Shown here: piece after piece, positions 54,836 through 64,000 of the stretch | Position numbering within the stretch: position 1 is the first letter of the stretch | Layout of the letters: every line of letters begins with the position of its first letter | Source of the DNA: Octopus vulgaris | Lineage: Eukaryota | Assembly: GCA_951406725.2 (NCBI GenBank) | Contig: OX597834.1 | Coordinates: 39,494,001 to 39,558,000, forward strand | Direction of reading: 5' to 3' | Length of the DNA stretch: 64,000 bases | Translations under genes and position numbers: made by a program | The notes under the pieces: generated by a model | What the model saw: the letters and a program-made list of their open reading frames with translations, nothing else | Database searches by the model: none | Told to the model about the DNA's origin: nothing

Positions 54836-55511
54836 TAATATTCCCGGATCCTCCTGGGTGACCCGTCGGGCAGAGTCCCTGCTAATCCCCATCTCCGTGA
54901 GATACCCTTTCATCCTCCGTAGCCATGTGGCCTGTGGTGGTCGACCAAACACAAGCCGCCAACCCAGTGGGGTCCACAGTTACGAGAACACGATAAGCAG
55001 GGTCTGACTCACGAAATCGAACAAGATGACCAAGCAATCTGAGATGGCGCTTCCGAATTTACACAGCCAATATTTAATTATATTTTAAACATTGTATCTT
55101 TAAATTAAATTCTTGAATCATATTTCTAAATCATAATTTAAAAATTGTATTTGATATTTGACATCTTTAATGGCATCACAATACGTTATCTTACTTTTTA
55201 CATCCGGTGTTTCAATATAAAATAATTCTTTGATATTTTATTCGCACCAAACGCAATAACTTTTTTTCCTATCTTTGAAGTCTCTTATTTAAATATGACA
55301 TTATTCGTAATGTAATATCTTTAATACGTTCTTATTATAAACATTTCATTAATATCATCGTAATAAGATCTCTTATCTGTTTAATCACATATTATTAGCC
55401 ACCGTATATATTTTGTAGTACATACAAGCAAAAACTCGTTTGCTACGCTGCGCTGAGGAAACCTCCAATTGACACGTTTCTTACAAGATGTTGCAGAAGC
55501 ACAACTAATGT

Positions 55512-55830
55512 GAAGGTACATGGCTCAGTGGTTAGGGCATTCGACTCACAATCGTAAGGTCGTGAGTTCAATTCCCGGTGGAGTGTTGTGTCCTTGAGCA
55601 AGACACTTTATTTCACGTTCCTCCAGTCTACTCATCTGGCAAAAACGAATCGTACCTGTAATTCAAAGGGGGCCAGCCTTGTCCCACTCTGTGTCACGCT
55701 GAATCTCCATGAGAACCACATTAAGGGTACACGTGTCTGTGGAGTGCTCAGCCACTTGTACGTTAATTTTACGAGCAGGTTGTTTCGTTGATCGAATCAA
55801 CGAACCTTCAGCGTCGTCGCCGACGGAGGA
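55512..55830 (+). mobile_element. SINE family C, full length
   Basis: A box tggctcagtgg, B box gagttcaattcc, family body. Confidence 0.85.
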
Positions 55831-55938
55831 CCTAGATTGATGAAGGAATCTATGAATTTTATTAATCTTCTAGAAACTCTGTTTAACTTGAATCTTTAGT
55901 TATTTCGAAACCATTATTATTATTATTATTACTGTTTT

Positions 55939-56326
55939 AAGGGGGGCGAGCTGGCAGAATCGTTAGCACGCCGGGCGAAATGCGTAAGCCGTATTTCGTC
56001 TGAGTTCAAATTCCGCAGAGGTCGACTTTGCTTTTCATCCTTTCGGGGTCGATAAATTAAGTACCAGTTACGCACTGGGGTCGATATAATCGACTTAATC
56101 CGTTAGTCTGTCCTTGTTTGTCCTCTCTGTGTTTAGCCCGTGTGGGTAGTAAAGAAATATGTATTTCGTCTGCCGCTATGTTCTGAGTTCAAATTCCGCC
56201 GAGGTCGAGTTTACCTTTCATTTTTTTTTCGGGGTCGATAAAATTACCCAGTTACGCACTGGTGTCGATGTAATCGACTAGTCTCTTTCCCCAAAGAATT
56301 TCAAGGCCTTGTGCCTTGAGTAGAAA
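55939..56326 (+). mobile_element. SINE family A dimer (tail 1 unit plus tail 2 unit)
   Basis: Junction aagaaatat|gtatttcg at ~56160. Confidence 0.9.
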
Positions 56327-56673
56327 TAATAATTATTATCTAAACAGAATTTATTTTTAACAAAATTTTGAAAAAAATCAAGTATGTGTTTACACGCAAA
56401 ACCCTCACAACACGCACACGTTTTTTGTTTTGTCCTGTACTGTCCATTATGTTTTTCTTAATGTAAACCCCTGTGGTTAAAGAAATCATTTTATTATCAT
56501 CTTTTGTTTCCTTTTCTTGCTGAGTGTCTTCCTAGGGTCTATACATTGGTAGGCCATTAAAATAAACACATCAGATTGTTCTTTTACGAAGTCATGTGAT
56601 AGAGAAAAAGTGGGGAAAAGACAGAGCGAAAAAAATTTAATAAACAGATAAAGGGGGAAAATGGAAAGAAAAT

Positions 56674-57410
56674 TCACAGCAACAATGTTCTTCTCAATAC
56701 GTGTGACCAGTTACCAGTTAAGACAATCTTTTGCACTTCCTGTATGGATGGTAAGCCAGGGATCATTCTTAAATAATTTCCAGTTCCATTTTTGATCATT
56801 CCAAGTGCTCCTACAATCACTGGTATTGTAACCGTCTTGAGATGCCACATCTTTTCGATTTCGATTAGCAAATCTTTATATTTTCTGAGCTTATCAAATT
56901 CTTTTGCCGAGATATTATGGTCACAGGGTATGCTCATGTCAATCAAGACTTTATTGTTTTGGTATTTCACAACCATATCTTATTTGCTTTGACGGTCCGG
57001 TCTGTATGTACTGGAAAGTCCCCAAGAATCGTTACACTTTCTCCCTCAGTTGCAGCTTCAGGGTGGTGCTTGTACCATTTGTCAGCAGTTTTGATTTCAT
57101 AATGTAGATATATTATCCAGTATTGGCCAACTCTGTTATGTCATGATTTGTATTCTACAGGTGCTAAAACCCTACACTCAGAGATTAGGTGGTCCACTGT
57201 TTTCAATCCCATCGTTGCAGTATCGGCAATTTGGGGCTACTCCAGTTTTCATCACATGGCTTGATAGTTCCGGATCAATAAGCTCTGATCTTGAGCAGCC
57301 AAGATAAAGCCTTCACGCTCCACCTTTAGTCTTGAGCTCCGTCAGCTTATTTGCTACGGACCACATATTTGCCATGCAAAGGTTTTGTGTTTCCACCTTT
57401 CAGCCAATTG
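56674..57410 (-). pseudogene. R4/Dong-like LINE 3' fragment (zinc knuckle plus RLE to stop codon)
   Basis: KPLHGKY, EGFILAAQDQSL, CRYC, WYKHHPE, LIDMSIPCD..KLRKYKDLLIEIEKMW..PVIVGALG; several frameshifts. Confidence 0.9.
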
Positions 57411-57958
57411 TTATTGTTCACATCTGAATTCACCTGATGAAAACAGTTTTTTCTTTGCATGATGTAACACTTTTTTTCATCAATAAACACGTTTTCCGAG
57501 GCCGACTTTGCCTTTCATCTTTTCGGGGTCGATAAATTAAGTACCAGTTGCGTACTGGAGTCAATCTAATAGACTGGTCCCGTCCCCCAAAAACTTTCGT
57601 GCCTTTTGCCTAGAGTAGAAGAAAAAAATCACGTTTGAAACAAATGTAGTGAAGAACTACCCATCTGTGTTATTATTTTTAAATAGATATAGCCCGGCGG
57701 TTAGGCATGTTGCATCCACGATCATGAGGTCGAGGTTTCAATTCCCGGACCAGCTGAGAGTTGTGTTTTTGAGCAAAGCACCTCAGTTCACACAGCTCTC
57801 CAGTCTACTCAACTGTAAATAGGACCTCCCGATCGCCGGAGAATGTTGGCCTCCTCCCCTATCCAGCGGAGTGGCATAATTCGAAACCTAAAACGATGCG
57901 AAGTGCATTGTGATAAGCAATGTAGGACAACAACGGAAAGTCTAATTACTTCCTCATA

Positions 57959-58004
<46 letters not shown>

Positions 58005-58006
<2 letters not shown>

Positions 58007-58052
58007 TTACCACTAAGAAATGTTCTCAAGAGAACATTTCTTAGTGGTAAGA
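58005..58052. repeat. Perfect palindrome, 23-bp arms, 2-nt spacer
   Basis: tcttaccactaagaaatgttctc AA gagaacatttcttagtggtaaga. Confidence 0.95.
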
Positions 58053-58619
58053 CCATAGCGGATCTACTTCTAGCATAAGGGTTGTCTACATAGTGGTCAT
58101 CCTTCTCATATGTATATAATACAATTTTCTGAACCTTCAGATTTTAATATGCTAGACCCCTGGTTTTATATTGATATTAAATAGATATACAATTTTTCAC
58201 CCTCATTTTAAATTTATATATATATATGTAAAATGACGGGCTTCTTTCAGTTTCCGTCTACCAAATCCACTTCGGCTCGAGACTATAATAGAAGGCACTT
58301 GCCCAAGGTGTCACACAGTGGGACTGAACTCGGATCCATGTGGTTGGGAAGCAAGCTACTTACCATTCACCCCTGCCAGCGTCACACACACACATACACA
58401 TATATTAATATTTAGCAGAAGTAAGACTGACTCAAATTCGGAAAGTTTCGTGCGTTGGCACTTATCAAACTTGTCTCAGGTCGAGAAACTCACAAATCTT
58501 CAACCTGTGGCAAATTTCATAAGTGTCAACGCACGAAACTCTTGGACCTTGACTCACTCTGTCACTTCTGCTAAATATTGAGTGTGTGTGTGTGTGTGTG
58601 TCTGTGTGTGTATATAAAT

Positions 58620-59020
58620 GCGGCGAGCTGGCAGAAATGTTAGCACGCCGGGCAAAATGCGTAGCCGTATTTCGACGTTCTGAGTTCAAATTCCGCCGAG
58701 GTCGATTTTGCCTTTGATCCTTTCGGGGTCGATAAATTTAGTACCAGTCACGGACTGGGGTCGATATAATCGACTTAATCCCTTTGTCTGTTCTTGTTTG
58801 TCCCCTCTGTGTTTAACCCCTTGTGGGTAATAAAGAAACAGGTATTTCGTCTGCTGTTACGTTCCGAGTTGAAATTTCGAGGTCGACTTTGCCTCTCATC
58901 CTTTCGGGGTCGATAAATAAAGTACCAGTTACGAACTGGGGTCGATGTAATCGACTTAATCCCTTTGTCTGTCCTTGTTTGTCCGCTTTATGTTTAGCCC
59001 CTTGTGGGTAGTAAAGAAAT
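58620..59020 (+). mobile_element. SINE family A dimer
   Basis: Junction aagaaacag|gtatttcg at ~58841. Confidence 0.9.
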
Positions 59021-59785
59021 ATATATAAATGCACACATCCATCCATATGTTCACACACATAGTCTCTGGCTTTCCTCCTCCTTCTCTCTCTCCCTCTCTC
59101 TCTCTTTCTCTAACTATGGCACAAGGTCTGAAATTTTGAAGTGGTGTTGAATCGATTACATCGACCACCCTGCCCGACTGGCACCCTGTTTTACCAACCC
59201 CAAATGGATGAAAGGCAAAGCTGAGCTCGGCAGCATTTGAATTTAAAACCGAAGAAATTGCCTCTAAGCATTGTTTCACTCGTAAACGGTTCCGTCGAGT
59301 CCTTCAGAAAAGAGTTAAAAAAAAAGACAAGAACGCACATCTAAACCACGTAAAGAAACGTGGCATTGAAAGTTAATGAGAACGTTGTTATTTCAACCAT
59401 AAATTTTACGTTTCATGTTAAATTCAAGTTAAGTTATTAATTTTTATTATATTTTATTAAGAAAACACGTTAAACAATAATACCGGCTAATAATGCAAGG
59501 GAAATAACTTTGTATATTATAAAAAACATTAGTCAATCATAGGTTACTTCCCTTGTAAATTTTTATCTTTCTTACATTTCTTCAATTACGTTTTCTTTTC
59601 CGTTTGTTGTCTTGGCTGTGGCCATGCTTGAGCACCACCTGTTTATTCGAAGAGCTCGACCCCTGGACTTATTCTTTGTAAGCTTGGTACTTATTCTATT
59701 GGACACTCTTTTTGCCGAACCGCTAACTTTCTGGGACGTAAACACATCGACATCGGTTGTCAAGCGATGGTGGGGGACAAGCACA

Positions 59786-59835
<50 letters not shown>

Positions 59836-59907
59836 CATACATATATATATATATATATACATACATATGTATATATGTGTGTGTGTGTGTATGCTTGTCC
59901 CCTAGTA

Positions 59908-60265
59908 GAAAAGAAATAGGTATTTCGTCTGCTGTTACGTTCTGACTTCAAATTCTGCCGAGGTTGACTTTGCCTTTCATCCTTTCGGGGTCGATAAATT
60001 AAGTACCAGTTACGCACTAGGGTCGATGTAATCGACCTAATCCCTTTGTCTGTCCTTGTTTGTCCCCTCTGTGTTTAGCCCCTTGTGGGTAATAAAGAAA
60101 TAGGTATTTCGCTCGTCTTTTCGTACTGAGCTCAAATGCCATCGAGGTCAATTTTTTGCCTTTCACCCCTTCGGGATCGTTATAATAAGTACCAGTGGCA
60201 CATTGGCGTCAAATGTTATCGACTTATCCGCCTCTCCCGACATTGCTGGCTTAGTGCCAAAATTT
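59908..60265 (+). mobile_element. SINE family A, headless tandem units
   Basis: Junction aagaaatag|gtatttcg at ~59919 and ~60103. Confidence 0.85.
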
Positions 60266-60629
60266 AAATTCAATAATCCGCAGTCTTTGTCGCATACTAA
60301 TCAAGATGAAACAAGGAATGACCAAGGGAGGTAATTAGCAATTAAGAGTTATTTCCCTTGACACTAATTTATTTTTATTTTGCCTTACAAGCAGCTGAAA
60401 ATTACTTGGTTTTTTGAAACTTGGTTCGTAACAGTCTTGATGCGAATTTGTGTGTTGAAACTAAACTTGTCTTTGAAGGGCCATTACGTCAATAATGATA
60501 CACGCGTGCACTTTTATTATTGGCGTTACGACTCTCCCAAGAACAAGATCTAAAGTTTAACGTGGAATCAAGAAAGGAGAGAAAAAATCAGGAAACGTGT
60601 GTGTATGTATGTGTATATGTATGTGTGCA

Positions 60630-61070
60630 TGTCATTATTCAGTTTTATTTCAAGACTTCTGGCCAATAGCGAAAGAGCCGGTTTATAACCTAGGCCCAAG
60701 ACTCCTTCATTGGAATTTCAACATCAACAATAGGGTATTTTAGTATGTGTGGCGTATGTATACGTCCAAATTTGTATGTTTTGTCTTACGTGTATATTCT
60801 CATGCATATATTTGCATATCTAGACATGCTCATATATACTTAAATGATAAACTTCTGGAAAGACTTATAGATTTTTACCGTTCTAGTGATGGCTTGAATC
60901 TGTAGGCTTCAAATCGGCTTTCTCCTTTCTGGTTTTGAGAATCCTAATTTCCCAAGATTGGTATTTAGGAAGTATGTAACACACCCCAGTTCCCCAATAA
61001 TTGCAGGTATGTACGTATGTCCTGGTTTATAACTTTAAACTGCATCAGATGGTAGGGTCCCGGTATGGGA
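60630..61070 (-). mobile_element. RLE-LINE 3' end (same family as 7605 and 8173)
   Basis: Minus strand IIGELGCVTYFLNTNLGKLGFSKPERRK; same 3'UTR with only a short TACA tract. Confidence 0.75.
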
Positions 61071-61749
61071 GTTTTTAAGGTTTTGAGGCACGTGGCGCCA
61101 TTCCTTGGCCATAATGTTTATTTACAATGACCCTGAAATTTCGAAAAGATTCTTGTTTACTGGACAACAATGCCTATGGTTACAATTTTCATTGACCTGG
61201 CGAGATGTGCATGACAAACATGGATGTGACGGACGTGAAAAATAGTCTCATAACTCTTTAACCTTTTTCAGCTTTAAAGCTGCGGTCATGCTGGGGCACC
61301 ACCATTGTTACAAAAAAAAATAGTGTTTAGATCTGGAAGGAATTGTCCCAGCATTGAGATCTGGTCGAAAATGAATCACTTCAACGTAACTTTCTGGGGT
61401 TTTTTTTTTTTCTTTTTTTTTTTCTTCTGGGCATTTAAAATATTTTTAAAAGCATGGTTCGGTTTAACTTTCACGAGAATAGTCCTGCAAAGTTTTGGAA
61501 TCGTCTGAGATATTTTTCTAAATTATTTCCTGTAGAGTTCTTCGATTTAAAATAACATTTACCTCTGTGAACCTCTTTTTGAGTTAAAGCAAAACTTCAG
61601 TCTTTTACTTGTTTCAGTCATTGGAGAGCGGCCATGCTGGAGCATCGCCTTCAACAACATTTAGTCGAATGAATCGACTCTAGTATTTTTGTTAAGCCTG
61701 GTACGTATTCGATCGGTCTCTCTTGTTGTTGAGCAGTGGTGGGGGACGA

Positions 61750-62056
61750 ACACGCACGCACGCACACACACATATACACACATACACACACACATACACG
61801 CATACATACACGCATACATACACACATACATACATACATACACACACACATACATACATACATACACACATACATACACACATACACGCATACATACACA
61901 CGCATACATACACACGCATACATACACACACATACATACATACACACATACATACATACACACACATACATACATAATACACACATACATACATACATAC
62001 ACACATACATACACACACACACACATACATACATACACACATACATACATACACAC

Positions 62057-62091
<35 letters not shown>

Positions 62092-62130
62092 CATACATAC
62101 ATACATACACATACATACATACATACATAC

Positions 62131-62167
<37 letters not shown>

Positions 62168-62215
62168 TACATACATACATACATACACACATACATACAT
62201 ACATACACACATACT
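61750..62215. repeat. (CA)/(CATA) microsatellite
   Basis: Directly visible. Confidence 0.95.
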
Positions 62216-62509
62216 AGCGTAGTTAGTGTGTGCCGCTCAGGGTGGCCCTTCTGTTTGCCGCCCCCAGACCCAACAAAAATCACATATTGCCTACAGCAGA
62301 CCCATAAGTGTCGCCCGAGGCAGGCCGGCCCTACTGCTCCCCAGCTACACTAGTGTACATATATTGTCAGTAAATCATAAATCCGAAAGAGAAGCACATT
62401 CTAAATTATAGAGCAGTTGAGTATTTAGAGAAGGTCAGTTATGGCCAGTTGATAGGGTTACCCAGAGCTTCGTATTCATAAAGCGATTAGCTGTACATTC
62501 GTCCCGTCA

Positions 62510-62804
62510 GACATAATGGAGGAAAAGGTTCATGGGCCTGGTTTCCCGGTTTCTGTGGCGTATGTGTTCCCCACAGCTGGACGGAACACCAGTCCATCGC
62601 AACGTTACTCAAGAAACAGGAGGAAAGAGTGAGAGAAAGTTGGGACGAAAGAGTACAACAGGGGTCACCACCACCCACTGCCAGAGTCTCGTGGAGCTTT
62701 AGGTGTTTTCGCTCAATAAACACTCAGAACGCCCGGTCTGGGAATCGAAACCGCGATCCTCTGACCGCAACTCTGCTGCCCTAACCACTGGGCCATTGCG
62801 CCTC

Positions 62805-62806
<2 letters not shown>
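62510..62806 (-). mobile_element. SINE family D
   Basis: Homologous to 27089-27352. Confidence 0.8.
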
Positions 62807-62843
<37 letters not shown>

Positions 62844-62949
62844 GATGGATGAGGAGAGCTGTGTGCAGAAGCATGACAGCCTAACAGTGGAGCGAACCTA
62901 TGGTAGAGGTACACCCAGGAAGGCATGGTATGAGGTAGTGAAGCACAGA

Positions 62950-63470
62950 GGCAATGACAAAGACCTTTACAGATATGTTGTGCTTGAGAAGACCCAGCAG
63001 GCCAGGTGAGATCGTAGTCATGGCCAATGCCAGTGTCGTATAATTGACCCATTTAAAAGCACTCTTCAATGGTTGGGTGATATCCCATACTTGTGAAGAC
63101 CTGGTGAACCAAGTGAAATCAATCATGGCCAATGCCAGTGTCACCTGACTGACACCCATGCCGGTGGCACATGAAGGTCACCATTCGAGCGTGACTGATG
63201 CCAGTGCTGTCTGACTGGCACCCATACCAGTGGTATGTAAAAAAAACACCATTCAAGTGTGGCTGATGTCAGTTCTGCCTTATTTGCTCCCGTGCTTGTG
63301 GCATGTAAAAAACCCTCGCTACACTCTGAGTGGTTGGTGTTAGGAAGGGTATCCAGCTGTAGAAACCTTGCCAGATCAAATTGGAGCCTGGTGCAGTCTC
63401 CTGGCTTGCCAGTCCTCAGTCAAACCATCTAACCCATGCCAGCATGGAAAGCGGAAGTTAAACCTCAATG
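62950..63470 (+). mobile_element. Family E repeat with internal subrepeats
   Basis: gccaatgccagtgtc subrepeats; tail matches the reverse complement of 38105-38260. Confidence 0.7.
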
Positions 63471-63645
63471 ATGATATTTCACTTCGGCTTTGCAATAATA
63501 ATGATAATCTGGTGTAGAACTCAATATACTTATGCTTCTGAATGAAGTGTTGGCTGAGTATTCCACAGGCACTTAGCTATGAATCCACCACATCTTATAG
63601 TGATGATTGATTATTCCTTTGTTGTCCCTTATATATATATATATT

Positions 63646-64000
63646 TGAGTGGCTGTGTGGTAAGAAGCTTGCTTCCCAACCACATGGTTCTAGGTTCAGT
63701 CCCACTGTGTGGCACTTTGAGCAAGTGTCTTCTATAGCTTCGGGTCGACCAAAGCCTTGTGAGTAAATTTGTTAGATGGAAACTGAAAGAAGCCCATTGC
63801 ATATATATATATATTATGTATTTGTGTGTCTGTGTATGTCCCCCCACCATCACTTGACAACCGGTGTTGGTGTGTTTACGTCCCCTGTAACTTAGCAGTT
63901 CAGCCAAAGAGACCAACAGAATGAGTAAAAGGCTTCCAAAGAATAAGTCTTGGGGTCAATTTGTTCAACTAAAGGCAGTGCTCCAGCATGGCTGCAGTCA
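63646..64000 (+). mobile_element. SINE family B (runs off the window)
   Basis: Head, microsatellite, tail. Confidence 0.9.

Overview
Eukaryotic, gene-poor, extremely microsatellite-rich DNA ((TA)n, (CA)n, (CATA)n, (GAT)n, (AAT)n). The repeat content points to a coleoid cephalopod, probably Octopus (inference). No intact protein-coding gene is supported; almost all listed ORFs are translations of microsatellites or SINEs. The window contains dozens of copies of at least four SINE families, decayed non-LTR retrotransposon fragments (R4/Dong-like RLE, a second RLE family, RTE), a mariner remnant, hAT, piggyBac-like and Tigger-like MITEs, and Helitron pieces. The most notable signal is several minimal type-I hammerhead ribozyme motifs in short non-coding elements with fold-back junctions typical of Penelope-like elements. 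One sits in a tRNA-headed SINE (53943-54227) and another is duplicated in a 137-bp-arm palindrome (19964-20261). Boundaries of degenerate repeats are approximate; all calls were made by eye, without database searches.
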